Source: Nitrosopumilus sp.
Lineage (GTDB): Archaea; Thermoproteota; Nitrososphaeria; Nitrososphaerales; Nitrosopumilaceae
Length of the DNA stretch: 64,000 bases
NCBI GenBank assembly: GCA_965205675.1
Contig: OZ242186.1
Location: 992,001 to 1,056,000, forward strand
Reading direction: 5' to 3'
The translations under genes and the position numbers were made by a program. Numbering within the stretch: position 1 is the first letter of the stretch; every line of letters starts with the position of its first letter. A model generated the notes under the pieces. It had not been told where the DNA came from, did not search any database, and was given only the letters and a program-made list of their open reading frames with translations. Of this stretch, positions 20,270 through 32,096 are shown one piece after another.

Positions 20270-20680
20270 AGGGATTTGAAGAGTCGACAGAATTAGACAC
20301 AGAAGAGTGGAAAGGATTTATTGATATTTTAGCTAATTGTGGCAGAAAAACTCTATTGTTTGTTATTGAGGCAAAAAGAGACCGAGTAAAGATTGCTCAA
20401 AGATATAAGAACCAAGCTATCGACTATGGAAAAAGCTAAAAGTGTCTTTTTGCGGCCATTACTAACGGAAAACAATTTGAGATTCTCAACACAACAACTG
20501 AAAGACCAATTAAATTAAACGGTAACGCATACAACAAAATACCAAACAAAAGGGATTTGATGAAAATTTTTATTCCTCAAATAAAAAGAGAATCCAAACT
20601 AGAAAACATCTCTACTCTTGACTATAAGCAAATCCCTTTTTGGTGTCTGGGTTGTCGGCAAGCTAAATCATCTTTTTAAA
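20270..20680 (+). pseudogene. HsdR N-terminal-like restriction endonuclease domain remnant
   Basis: GFIDILA..LFVIEAKR..QAIDYG..(frameshift)..AITNGKQF. Confidence 0.65.
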
Positions 20681-20919
20681 AAAATCCAAGTATCATACAT
20701 GTCAGCACCTAATGATTTTACCAGCATGCAGTCTATTCCAAGAGTCATATATGCTCAAATTCAATTTTATGGGGATTGTACCGGATATTCCTCAACGCAG
20801 ACAAATTTTCCAATATCTGCATCATCTGTTTTGATGTAAATTACCACATCAGATAACTGGAACAAACAGTCATTGTATATTTCCAGATGGTGCAATTACT
20901 TATCATAAAATCTTGGATG

Positions 20920-22309
20920 GTAACTGTCTAGAGTTTTGAAGTAAAATCTCCAAGATATTCTAAAGAATAATCATGAAAGTTTAATCCTCGTAATCTGCAT
21001 GTCACCTTTATACTCATCAGTATCTTATGAGAATCAGCACCATGAATGGTTCTATGACCGTTTGTAATTTTACGAATTATCACATTTGGTCTGATTGCCC
21101 TCTCTGCTGTGTTATTGTGTGAATCAGTTCCAGTAATTAGGAATATAAAAAGCATTTTTCTCTCACGTTTCAATCTTTTTACAAACCTGATACAGTTTTT
21201 CTCTGTGTATTTTTTTGATATGATGTGATTAATTCTCCTTTCAAGATTCTTTTTTGCATGGATTCTTTCTGATTCTGATTTTATTTTTGCCACACCATGA
21301 GAGTCATAAATTATTTTCTTGAGATTCTTGGCAAATGGTGCAAATTCTGGTCCGGGATTCTTGTGATTAATGGTATCATTAACCTCTCTGAGATAATGGA
21401 TGTGACATTTCTGGTGAGTGCTTCCAACATGGTTCCATGCAGGGTACGAATCACTTGTAATGTTGCCATCATATCCCTTGAGAATTCTCTTGGGAACATC
21501 CATTGAACGTGATTTGTCAATCTCGTAAATTACAGTCCATTTACTCACAAATGCCCACAACCAGTGGTTCTGGCCATCTATCCTCCAACTTGTCTCATCA
21601 CCATGTATGTTTAGATCTTCTTTTAACTCTACAATCATTGTATCATATCTGCTCCCAAATGCTTTTGATACTATTGATACTGCATGATTAATTGCAGATT
21701 CTGTAATGTGCAGTGAGAAGAGCATCTGCAAAAGATGAGATATTTTACCATACGATAATCCGATAGTTTTCAGTGATATGATTAGCACCATGAGCCTAAT
21801 CCCAAATCTCTCATTGGGTAGCGCAGTGTGAATGTTACCCGAGATTTGTTTTTTGCAGTTTGTGCAGTATCGTCTAACTATCGTATATTTTGTCACAACT
21901 GCTTTTGCAGGAATGATGTCTTCTACTATTCTGGTGTATGAATCAGTTGGTTCTGAGAGTGATTTGCCACATGTGTTGCACTCTTTTTGGTCAACTGTAA
22001 TGGCATCATCAATGTGTGCCCGTCTGCTTCTGCTTTTTCTAGGATGTCTTGATGTTTTCTTCTTTTTTGCAGTTTCAGTCTTGTTTGGTTTTGCTTTGAT
22101 ATTTCTTGCAACAAGTGTAGACACTGTTTGTTTTAGTTCTGCAATTTCTCTGTGTAACTGACGGTTTTCTTGCTCCAGCGAGCGACATCTGTTACGATAA
22201 TATTCCAGCTCATCATATACTGACAATTGTATATTGTAATTTGTCACTGATCAGAAAAGATATAGATAAAAAATATTAAAGAAAGTACTTCAAAACTCTA
22301 GACAGTTAC
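20920..22309 (-). mobile_element. IS66-family element copy 3, complete (1390 bp; CDS 20928-22247)
   Basis: Terminal IRs and 8-bp target duplication CTTGGATG. Confidence 0.96.
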
Positions 22310-22725
22310 CTTGGATGAGGATTCCAAGCAACAATACGTTTCATTATTTTCTTTTGACTAAGGGTACCGATGATAAATTATTCAAGGTTTACAGACTAAC
22401 TCGGAATTCCAAACAGAAGAACCATTGACAGACGATTTCAAGTTCTGCCAATTGGCGATATCGTTAGGACAATGGAAAGTTGGTTTGTATTAGAGAAACT
22501 AGTCGATGACGTATCTGCATCAGTGGATAGTTCCATGCTAAAAGCTGCAGGATTCAGTATGGCACAAATCAGATATGAAAAAGAATAAAATTCCAATCTC
22601 AGGAATTGACACTGATTGTTCAATGGGGTTTTTCAAAATCAAAGGGTCAGATATTTGGGTACAAACTATACATGAGTTGTAGTACTGGCAAACTAGTTGT
22701 TCCTTTATCTGTTGATGTCTCAACT
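22310..22725 (+). pseudogene. Decayed DDE (IS4/IS5 superfamily) transposase, target of the IS66 and ISL2-like insertions
   Basis: Multi-frame IPNRRTIDRRF..SVDSSMLKA..VWHKSD..GIDTD..WGFSKSKG.IFGYKL. Confidence 0.65.
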
Positions 22726-23639
22726 AGACCTCTTGCGTAATTAGACATATTTTACCATATTACACAAATTCCTTCACAGCAAGATCCAAAGCTAAGAACA
22801 ACTTAACACATTTCATGTTAACATACAAGCAACTCTCAAAAAAGCCAAAATCCCTTCTCTCTTTTACTGGAGTGACCAGGCAGCACTTTGATGTGATTCT
22901 AAAGGATGTCAGAAAGAATCACCGTATAGAAGAAAAGAAGAGACTATCCAAAGCAAAGAGAAAAAGAAGTATCGGAGCTGGGCGAAAGTTTGATTTGAGT
23001 CTTGAAGACCAGCTTGTAATGTTGTTTGTTTACTATCGGATGTACCTGACATGTGAATTGACAGGATATATGTTTGGATTAGACCAGAGCAACGTCTACA
23101 GAAACATCAGATATTTAGAGCCTGCAGTAAGAAAAACAGTTCCTATTCCTGCAAAACTATACTCTGATTCTAAAAAGATAAATGATGTACAGCAACTCCA
23201 ACTGTTCTTTCCTGAATTAATTGCAATGACTGATGGTACTGAACAACCAATCCCAAGACCCCAGAACAAAAAGAAAAGAAAGACTCACTATTCAGGCAAA
23301 AAGAAAAAACACACAATAAAAAACCAAATCACCATAAACCAGAAAGGTGAGATAATCCACAAACCCCCACATTCTCCAGGTAAAAAACATGATTATGCCA
23401 TACTGAAAATCAGACATCCAGAACTGCCCGAAGATGTGATGATATCTTATGACCTTGGGTATTTGGGAGTGGAAAAAGATTTCCCAGAACAGACAAGCAT
23501 TCTACCATACAAGAAAAAGAAAGGAAAAAAACTGACCATACATCAAAAGGAATGGAACAAGATACAGTCAAGAATCCGAATAAAAGTAGAACATATTATC
23601 TCTCAAATCAAAAAGTTTAGGATTAATTCTGAGACATTT
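22726..23639 (+). mobile_element. IS5-family (ISL2-like) element, 3' end cut by IS3; transposase starts at 22815
   Basis: Left IR AGACCTCTTGCGTAATTA; TDGTE, YSGKKKKHT, YDLGYLG, RIKVEH; near-identical to 39234-40309. Confidence 0.9.
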
Positions 23640-24360
23640 TGGTCTGGTCCCCTCTAGAGTAGGACCGGTAGCATACATACACTTTTCAGATAACTTGGGA
23701 GGCTTACCCTCATGGTAAAGAGCAAATTCACATCAGCAGAAAAGTCAAGAGTGGTTTTAGAGTCACTAAACACAAACATTGCAACTGCAGAGTTGTGCAG
23801 AAAGTACAATATTCATCCACAGACATTCTACCAATGGAGGGAACGATTTGTAGAAGGTGGCAAGGCATCATTAAATGGCACACCAAACGGAGATGTCTGC
23901 AAGAATCTGCAAAAGGAAAATGATTCCCCCAAAAAACTAATCGGCGAGATCACAATTGCCAATGACATTTTAAAAAAAACGTTGGAGAACCAGAAAAGAT
24001 GACTGCAGTGAATCAACTGAACAAACACATCAGTTTGAACAAGTCATTGTTATTAATTGGAGTCTCAAAATCCAAATGGTATTACTCAAAGTCACCAAGA
24101 AGGATTCAGACAGATCCTGCAGTAACTGATGTAGTTCAAAAGATTGGAAAACAAAGGCCAACTTATGGAACCAGACGCATGGCATCCCAAGTCTCAAGGG
24201 AACTGAACAAGCCTGTAAACAGAAAACAAATCAGAAGAATATTTCACAAATTGGGCTGGATTGAGCCTAAAAAGACCAAAAATGACATCATCAAATCTGC
24301 CAGAACATTATTCAAGCCTGATGCACCAAACCAGTTGTGGCAGACAGACATCACATATGT
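23640..24360 (+). mobile_element. IS3-family element (orfA 23712-24002, orfB fragment), cut by a second IS3 end
   Basis: TG terminus, HTH orfA, A8 slippery run near 23972, YGTRRM and WQTDITY. Confidence 0.88.
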
Positions 24361-24612
24361 TGGTCTGGACCCCTCTAGAGTAGGACCGGTAGCATACATA
24401 CACTTTTCAGATAACTTGGGAGGTTTACTTTCAGGGTAAAGAGCAAGTTTACATCAGCAGAGAAATCAAGAATTGTATTAGAATCCCTCAACACCAACAT
24501 CAGTACTGCAGAATTATGCAGAAAGTACAACATCCATCCACAGACATTTTACCAGTGGAAAGAACGATTTGTAGAAGGCATCATTAAATGGCACACCAAA
24601 TGATGATGTTTG
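24361..24612 (+). mobile_element. IS3 left-end remnant with degenerate orfA
   Basis: Repeat of 23640-23900 with a mutated start and a deletion. Confidence 0.8.
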
Positions 24613-24970
24613 TAATTTTGAAAGAGGTAATTCATATACACTCTCAGCAACTTCCATACGTTTGATTTTCTAGTTGTATATTTAATATTTTTTTGTTCTA
24701 TATTTTTTATAGTAAAAAATCATACACTGAAATTCTGTCCAATCAGGATTATTGTTTTGTAGAGTTTTACCGTTGTCAACCTAGGTTGTTTATTTCAGAG
24801 AAGAGGATAGTTATTGATTGAAATTAGTGAGGGTTTAGAACTTCGAGTTTACAAAAAATGGAATCAGAAGATTCATCATAAACCATACGTAAAAGTTTGT
24901 TTTTAGGTTTAATTGGAAATATTCTTTCTTGTGATGGCACATGACCTGAATTAGTTGCTTTTCTCTGAAT

Positions 24971-26120
24971 TATAGTTAAGGCATTAAATATTTGAACACT
25001 TTAACAACTCGAACCGCTCCATTGTCTAGTCTCTTCTGCATGTGTTTTCTCATTTCAGTTCCATTTGCAAAGAATGTATTGGCATTACCATTTTTCTCTT
25101 CTCTCCACTGTATCTCAATTGGATTGAGTTCTGGAGTGTATGCAGGAAAATATCTAATTATTACTTTATTTTTTGGTGCTTTGAGAAATTCTTTTACTCG
25201 GACACTTTTGTGGTATGATGCATTATCTGCAAACAGTAACAATTTCTTACCAAATTGTTTTTGCAGTGATTCTAAAAAATCAAGAAATGAGTCTGTGTTT
25301 GATTTATCATAGAACCTGCAAAAAAATACACCGTTATTGCCCAATGCACCAAATGATTGAAATTTTTCTCGAGTGTAATTAATTGGTGTGGTAATGTTAT
25401 TGCCTGCAAGATACCATCCGCGCTTTATGTTGGGTGCTACTTTATTTGTTGACTCGTCCAGACATAGTGTGGTGTATCCCAATTTGGAATATTTTTTGAT
25501 ACTCCTTTTTGCGTTTTTTTAAAACGGGTTTGTTCCTCTTTTGAGGCTGATTTGTGATGAGTCTGTCTTGGTTTTTTAGATGAGAATCCGATTCTGTGCA
25601 GCAATTCACGCATTCCTCTTGCAGAGTATAGCGTGTTGTATTTTTTATTCACATGTGTAATTACCATTCTTGTACTCCACATGAATTGATTGAATCCAAA
25701 CTTTTCTGGACCTGAAATTAGATCACCTCTTAATGACACTAGTTGTTTTTTATTTAAGAAACATCTAGAGCCAGAATATTTCTTGCGGCGTGATGCAGTT
25801 ATTCCCTCTTTATCCATTCGATTTAGCCAGTAGGACAGAGTTGATGGTATGACATCCAAACTGGCACATATCACAGAATACGGAATATCTTGTTTTCTTA
25901 GTATTGCAGCCTTTAATCTTATCTTCGCTTTTGCATTTTTTTCATTCTGGCATGTTTTTCTTAAAAAATTAATGCTTGTTCCTTTCATGAAATGGCTTCC
26001 TGAAGATACCATTAATGCTTTAGTTTGTTTTGACATGATTCTGTAAGTATAAACTATGATCTAGATCTTTTGGGTTAAAATAGTTGATAATTCGTTCAAA
26101 ATTTATATGCCTAAACTATA
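24971..26120 (-). mobile_element. IS630-family element type C, apparently intact (ORFs 26036-25437 and 25482-24976 joined by a -1 frameshift)
   Basis: IRs TATAGTT(A/T)AGGCAT with TA; TTTTAAAAAAA slippery site near 25515; LDES, DNASYH, PELNPIE. Confidence 0.9.
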
Positions 26121-26384
26121 TGTGTTGCCAAAAAGAATCCATTTGAACATGAGCAGAATAATAAAGTAAAGTGCCTATTTTTTGTAAGGCACGTTCATCT
26201 GATGCACTAATTGATATGCTTGTCAACGTTATCTAATAAATCTGAAAAACAATCTCCCTTTATTAGATCTTCTTGCTTTACAAATTGCTCCTTTAGTTTT
26301 TCTACTTCTTCTTGTGATAACAGTTTGGTTTGTGATAGAATATCATCCATATGATTTACACAAAATATTTAGTTATTAAATCTA

Positions 26385-26595
26385 TGGTCTAGACCACTCT
26401 AGAGTAGGACCAGTCCCACACATACACTTTTCAGATAACTTGGGAGGTTTACTTTCATGGTAAAGAGCAAGTTTACATCAGCAGAAAAGTCAGGAGGGGT
26501 TTTAGAGTCACTAAACACCAACATCAGTATTGCAGAATTATGCAGAAAGTACAACATCCATCCACAGACATTTTACCAATGGAAAGAACGATTTG
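26385..26595 (+). mobile_element. Third IS3 left-end remnant
   Basis: TGGTCTAGACCACTCTAGAGTAGGACC plus the start of orfA. Confidence 0.8.
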
Positions 26596-26745
26596 TATAG
26601 CGACGATCAAAAGTTCGTGAACATTTTTGCAGGATTTCCAAAGATATAATTTGTAACATCAAGCTTGAATCTTGCTACTCTAAAATATTTTGACACTGCA
26701 TCATTTATCGTAAACATTGCATAATATTCTGATACCAACAACGCA
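26596..26745 (-). mobile_element. Right-end fragment of IS630 type A
   Basis: TATAGCGACGATCAAAAGTTCGTGAAC, as at 42229 and 57340. Confidence 0.8.
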
Positions 26746-26878
26746 TATAGCGAAAAGACAAGTTCGTGAACTAAATAATTTCAAAAACTAGAAATTAGTT
26801 GATCTTACCTATAGGTAAATACGAATAAACAAATTGAAACACCTAAAAACAACTCATGAACTCATGCTTCTCGCTATA
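26746..26878. mobile_element. About 130-bp MITE with IS630 type A termini
   Basis: TATAGCGAAAAG...CTTCTCGCTATA; inserted at the TA of ACGCATAC. Confidence 0.7.
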
Positions 26879-27154
26879 TATGCTAGATGAGTGCGTAATA
26901 ATATCTAGGCACAGATTTTATAGTTGGTTTTTTAAAATATTCCTAATAATTTAGATTTTCAAGCATGAATTTTGATAAAATCAAAAATATTGCAAAAAAT
27001 ATCTAATTCCACAACTTGTCTGCTCTCTAGTAAAATTAATGTCGAAATCAGTTTCATCTGTTTTGTAACATATTATTTTCGCAAGAACTGTGTATTTGAA
27101 ACAATACTATTTTGTTTTGTCAATCTAAATAAATGGGTCAGATTAATCTACAAT

Positions 27155-28207
27155 ATGAAGAAAGTTTTTGTTAATGGCTATGGCTCTATTGGAAGTAGAA
27201 TTGTTTCATTTCTAAAAGACGATCCTGAAATTACAATTATTGGAATTGGCAAATATTCTCCAGACGAGAAAGTCAGTGAAGCAATCTCTAAAAAACTAGA
27301 CGTATATGTTCCAGAATCAAAACTAAATGCTTTTTCAGATTATAAAATTGCAGGATCTATTGAATTTGCATTAGACAGTTCAGATTTAGTCATTGATGCT
27401 TCTCCTGGAGGATGTGGTTACAAAAATAAAAAAAATCTTTATGAACCAAAAAACATTCCTGCAATTTACCAGGGTGGAGAATCTATAACGGACTCTAAAT
27501 CAGTTTCTGACTTGTTGTTTAATTCTAGAGCAAATTATGATCAGGCATTAGGAAAACATCATGTCATGCAAGGCAGCTGTAATGTAACAGGCATGGGTAG
27601 AATTTTAGAGCCGTTACGTGATCATTTCGGCGATCAACTAGCTAGATTTGATGTAACTCTAGTAAGGCGTTGGGCAGATATTGACCAAACAGAAAAAAAA
27701 CTTTCAGACACTATCGAAATGACTGAAAAACCTCATCATGGTGATGATGTCAAACTATACTTTGGAAAAGATGTGCCCCTTTATGTACGTGCAATCAAAG
27801 TTCCTACAAGACAAATGCATTTACACATTATGGATATAAGATTCAAAGATATTGCTCCAAAACCTTCAGAAATTCACGACATCTTTACAAATGAATTCGG
27901 TGTTGCAACTCTGTGGACTTGTAAAGGAACCAAAGATGTGAGAGATTATGCTCAAAATATGGGATTTAATTTTACTGATACTAACATGATCCACATTCAT
28001 GCAAACATGACTACATCCATCGGAGATACTGTCCAGATGATGTATTCTGATGATCAGACAGGAATTGTGATTCCTGAAAATCACATGCTAATGCAAGCAA
28101 TGCTGTTTAAAAAATCTTACAAAGATGCATTTACTCATACTGAATCAATATTTCACATGATTGAGAAAAAACAAAAAATACAAGAGCACTTTGCCAGATC
28201 TAATTAA
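27155..28207 (+). CDS. gap: Archaeal type II glyceraldehyde-3-phosphate dehydrogenase
   Basis: VFVNGYGSIG, YQGGE, catalytic GSCNVT, LVRR, VIPEN; start moved to ATG 27155. Confidence 0.92.
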   Translation: MKKVFVNGYGSIGSRIVSFLKDDPEITIIGIGKYSPDEKVSEAISKKLDVYVPESKLNAFSDYKIAGSIEFALDSSDLVIDASPGGCGYKNKKNLYEPKNIPAIYQGGESITDSKSVSDLLFNSRANYDQALGKHHVMQGSCNVTGMGRILEPLRDHFGDQLARFDVTLVRRWADIDQTEKKLSDTIEMTEKPHHGDDVKLYFGKDVPLYVRAIKVPTRQMHLHIMDIRFKDIAPKPSEIHDIFTNEFGVATLWTCKGTKDVRDYAQNMGFNFTDTNMIHIHANMTTSIGDTVQMMYSDDQTGIVIPENHMLMQAMLFKKSYKDAFTHTESIFHMIEKKQKIQEHFARSN

Positions 28208-29457
28208 TTTTTTATTTTTTCAATTCTAATTTTTCTTGGGATGTTTTTTATAACTTTTTCCACAATTATTCGTAATTCATCCACTTCTACTTTATCTCCT
28301 TCCTGCGGTATGTCTTGTAATCTCTCATGTAACAATCCATTTAGTGATGCATAATCATCCCCTTCTGGAACTCTTGTTTTAAAAATTTCATTGATTTTAT
28401 CTATCTCGATATCGCCATTTGTGATGATTGTGTTCTGATCAATTTTTTCATATCCTGCATGTCTTGTCAAATCTGTTTCATCTTCAATCTCTCCAACTAT
28501 TTCTTCTAAAAGATCTTCTAATGTCACTAATCCTTCTACTCCCCCATGTTCATCTACCACTATGGCCATGTGTGTTTTTCTTCCTTTCATTTCTTTTAAC
28601 AGTGCACTGACCATTTTCTCTTGAGATGCAAAGACGGGGTTTCTTGCAATTTTCTCAAGACTGGTCATTTTGTTGTCTTTTTCTAATTCTTTGAGAACGT
28701 CTCGGACATGAATAAATCCAACAATATCGTCACTAGTTTGTCCATAAATTGGAATTCTTGAATGTCCGCTTTGATTGATTTGAGGCAGTGCCTCAAAAAG
28801 TAACATTTTGGAATTTAATGAGAACATTTTTGTTCTTGGAGTCATGACTGAACGAATTACTGTGTCATCAAATTTTAAAGCACCATGGACTAACTCCATC
28901 TCATCTTTTTCTAACGCTTTTTCCTCTAATCCTTGATCAATAACTCCTTTGATCTCTTCTTCTGTAATTGGCGGTGGTGTAGAACTGCTTCCAGTTATTT
29001 TGACGACGCCTTTGGTAATAATTTCAAAAAATTTCACTACTGGATAAAATGCATAACTAAACCCAAGTAATACTGGAGCATATCTTAATGCAATTTTTGT
29101 TGAATTTGCATTACAGTATGTTTTTGGAGTAATTTCACCAAACACTAGAATCAAAAATGTCATGATTCCTATTGCAATCCCTAATCCATCATCACCAAAT
29201 AATCTGATTGCTAAACTTGTTGCAAGAGCTGATGCGCCAACATTTACCAAGTTATTGCCCAGATTTACACTTGACATCATCCAACTTGGATTCATTTTTA
29301 ATTTGTGTAATGCCTTAGAACCTTTTTTACCATCATTAAATAGCTGAACGACTTTAGATTTTCTTACTCCTACTAGTGCAACTTCTAATCCACTGAAAAA
29401 TCCAGATAATCCAATAAGTACAGATAAAGAGGCAATCTCAATCCATAAATCTACCAT
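28204..29457 (-). CDS. CNNM/CBS/CorC (hemolysin-family) transporter
   Basis: FSGLE, FGEITPK, VMTPR, HSRIP, VDEHGGVEGLVTLED. Confidence 0.93.
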   Translation of the reverse strand: MVDLWIEIASLSVLIGLSGFFSGLEVALVGVRKSKVVQLFNDGKKGSKALHKLKMNPSWMMSSVNLGNNLVNVGASALATSLAIRLFGDDGLGIAIGIMTFLILVFGEITPKTYCNANSTKIALRYAPVLLGFSYAFYPVVKFFEIITKGVVKITGSSSTPPPITEEEIKGVIDQGLEEKALEKDEMELVHGALKFDDTVIRSVMTPRTKMFSLNSKMLLFEALPQINQSGHSRIPIYGQTSDDIVGFIHVRDVLKELEKDNKMTSLEKIARNPVFASQEKMVSALLKEMKGRKTHMAIVVDEHGGVEGLVTLEDLLEEIVGEIEDETDLTRHAGYEKIDQNTIITNGDIEIDKINEIFKTRVPEGDDYASLNGLLHERLQDIPQEGDKVEVDELRIIVEKVIKNIPRKIRIEKIKN

Positions 29458-29597
29458 GATTTTCTCCCAGAAAATTTCTTAGAACAACTGTAACAATTAC
29501 TCATTTAGCTTTTTTGCACCATCTTTTGGTTGCATTTGTTTTGCAAAACATGGATTTAACTCTTAAGATAGAAAATCCCCAAGAGCCTAAATTAAGG

Positions 29598-30935
29598 CTA
29601 ATTTTTAGGTGGAATTGCAAATTTATTCTCAGAATTTCGATGATAATCTACGGGTATCATTGCATCTTTTTGTCTACCTGTAAGTATTCCTACAACAACA
29701 TCATCTTTTTTGATAATACCTTCACTTACTAATTTTTTAATACCCACAACTGATGCGCCTGATGCCATTTCACAGTCAAATCCATTTAGGCCTACAACAG
29801 ACATTCCATCTAACATTTCAGAATCAGACACTGTTGTTGCCACTCCATTTGTAAATTCTAATGCACGTAAACCTTTTAAAATATTTGCAGGCCTGCCAAT
29901 CTGTATTGCAGTAGCTTTAGTTTTTGGTCTTAATCTTTCTTTGTCTAAATGATCATAATATCTAGAAATTAATTCGGTGTTTGGATTACCTTTATTCCAT
30001 CGCAATTCCTCATTTTCAAATTCGCCATTATACAAATCAGATAACGTACTTGCTCCTTCTGAATTAATTACTGCAATTCTTGGAATTTTTTTAATCCATC
30101 CCCATTCATACAATTCCATTAATGCTTTACCGCAGCTTGATGTATTTCCTAAAGCTCCTCCAGGATAGACAATCCAGTCGGGCACTTCCCAATCCAAATA
30201 TTCTAATGCCCTAAACGGAATTGTTTTTTGTCCTTCAATTCGGAATGGATTAACAGAGTTTACGGTATATCCATCATGATTTTGTGCATCATCTAATGAT
30301 TGTTCTAATGCATCATCAAAATTACCGTCCACTTCTATAATTTGTGCACCAAATTGATATGCTTGACTAAGTTTTCCGGGAGCTATCTGACCTGCTGGAA
30401 TATACACATCACAATTAATTCCATCATTTGCTGCAAACATACCTGCTGATGCAGATGTATTTCCAGTTGATGCACAAACAATTTTTTTTGCACCTACCAT
30501 CTTTGCATGAGTTACAGCAGTTGCCATCCCATTATCTTTGAATGAACCACTAGGATTGTATCCTTCTGGTTGTAACCACAAATTATTATTTGAAATATTG
30601 ATAAATTCTGCAACCTTTGACATTTGATATGGTTTTGATTGTCTTCCTTCTGCGCCATCCAAAGAAACTAAATTCTTCGAACACTCTTCAAGATTTTCAG
30701 TATCTATTTGACAGAAATTTAACAATTCCCTAAATCGCCATACCCCACTTTCATTGAATATGCTGCCTTCAGAATTTCGTCTTTTGTAAAAGACGTCTTT
30801 AAGCGATGTTGATGGTTTATTCTTATATTTTACATCTAATAGATGGCCTCTCTTGCATTGTACAATTGTCTTCTCAATTGGGTATTCTAATCCACATTGT
30901 GAATCAACACATTTGAGATAAGCATCTCCTTGCAT
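29598..30935 (-). CDS. thrC: Threonine synthase
   Basis: NPSGSFKD, CASTGNTSAS, RIEGQKT. Confidence 0.9.
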   Translation of the reverse strand: MQGDAYLKCVDSQCGLEYPIEKTIVQCKRGHLLDVKYKNKPSTSLKDVFYKRRNSEGSIFNESGVWRFRELLNFCQIDTENLEECSKNLVSLDGAEGRQSKPYQMSKVAEFINISNNNLWLQPEGYNPSGSFKDNGMATAVTHAKMVGAKKIVCASTGNTSASAGMFAANDGINCDVYIPAGQIAPGKLSQAYQFGAQIIEVDGNFDDALEQSLDDAQNHDGYTVNSVNPFRIEGQKTIPFRALEYLDWEVPDWIVYPGGALGNTSSCGKALMELYEWGWIKKIPRIAVINSEGASTLSDLYNGEFENEELRWNKGNPNTELISRYYDHLDKERLRPKTKATAIQIGRPANILKGLRALEFTNGVATTVSDSEMLDGMSVVGLNGFDCEMASGASVVGIKKLVSEGIIKKDDVVVGILTGRQKDAMIPVDYHRNSENKFAIPPKN

Positions 30936-31040
30936 CGTAATTACAGATAATTGGTGATAATTTAAAGGAAATACTGTAAAAATTGTTCGAGTTTAGATGT
31001 TTTTGCTAAACTTTAGATTAGATGTATGTAAATTGTATCT

Positions 31041-31415
31041 GTGGTCACATATAATGAACATCTACAGAAAATTCTTTCCCAAACTCTTGATTCATACAAC
31101 AATCTTAAAGAAATTCAAGGTAAGCCCGAAGATCTTAATACAATCAAGTTAGAAATGCTGAAAATTAATGGCTTTCTTAAAGTAATCACTAACAATATTG
31201 ATGAATACAAAATTACATTGTCGGACTTTAAAAAATTAAAATCTAAATTTAATCATTATTTAGAAAATTATTTTTTTGAAAAAGAGATTGAGACGATGGC
31301 TCCATTGTATGCAAATGATATGCACCGAATAAAAAATATAAAATTTAAAATTATTGAGGCCCTAGAAGATAAAAAAATGATTGAGGATATTGAGGATTTA
31401 ATAGAAAAACTATGA
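31041..31415 (+). CDS. Hypothetical protein
   Basis: 124-aa helical ORF. Confidence 0.75.
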   Translation: MVTYNEHLQKILSQTLDSYNNLKEIQGKPEDLNTIKLEMLKINGFLKVITNNIDEYKITLSDFKKLKSKFNHYLENYFFEKEIETMAPLYANDMHRIKNIKFKIIEALEDKKMIEDIEDLIEKL

Positions 31416-31527
31416 CGGATAAAAAATGTATTATTTGTGGATGTCATGATCATAAATTTTTTGGCTGTAATCGACACATGTCAAAAAAATGTAGTTGTTA
31501 TGACAATGATAATTAATTTTAAAAATA

Positions 31528-31644
31528 TTATTTGCGCTTAGGCCCTGATCTTTCGTGGAAATTTAAACAACATTTGCATTCTTTTTCTCGACATTCTGTT
31601 TCACTATGGTGTCCGCATATACCACATTCGCAGCTGTTTGACAT
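31528..31644 (-). CDS. 38-aa Cys/His-rich metallothionein-like microprotein
   Basis: MSNSCECGICGHHSETECREKECKCCLNFHERSGPKRK (7 Cys, 3 His). Confidence 0.6.
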   Translation of the reverse strand: MSNSCECGICGHHSETECREKECKCCLNFHERSGPKRK

Positions 31645-31713
31645 GATATTGATTAATTGATTCAGAATATAATTTATTCACCAATTTTTTATGAGTTTAA
31701 GGTCAAAATGGAA

Positions 31714-32025
31714 TTATTTTTTAGATTTTGATTTTTTTACAGGTTTTTCTTCTAATTCTTTTTTGATTTCATCTGCCTTGTTATCTACTGCTTTGATGAT
31801 CTCTTGAATAAGTCCATCCAAATCACTATCTTCGGCGTTTGGCTCTATGGTACTTGCAATTTCAGTAATTGTTGATGATATTTCAGAACTTACATCTTCA
31901 AAACTTTCAGGATCTTCATATGCTGCGTCATAGAGGTTTTTTAGATTATTGACATGGCCTATTACTTGTTCTGTTAGTACAATTCTATAATCAGTTCCAT
32001 TAACTTCGAATTCTTTTGAACTCAT
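31714..32025 (-). CDS. Hypothetical protein
   Basis: 103-aa acidic ORF. Confidence 0.75.
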   Translation of the reverse strand: MSSKEFEVNGTDYRIVLTEQVIGHVNNLKNLYDAAYEDPESFEDVSSEISSTITEIASTIEPNAEDSDLDGLIQEIIKAVDNKADEIKKELEEKPVKKSKSKK

Positions 32026-32096
32026 ATTATTTTTTCAATATCTTTTGTTTATAATGTTTTCAGCTAAAAATTAATTATGTATAATGTGATTAATGA

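Noticed and set aside
26972-27154. N-terminal extension of GAPDH
   Set aside because: The Rossmann motif begins right after ATG 27155; the extension is not protein-like
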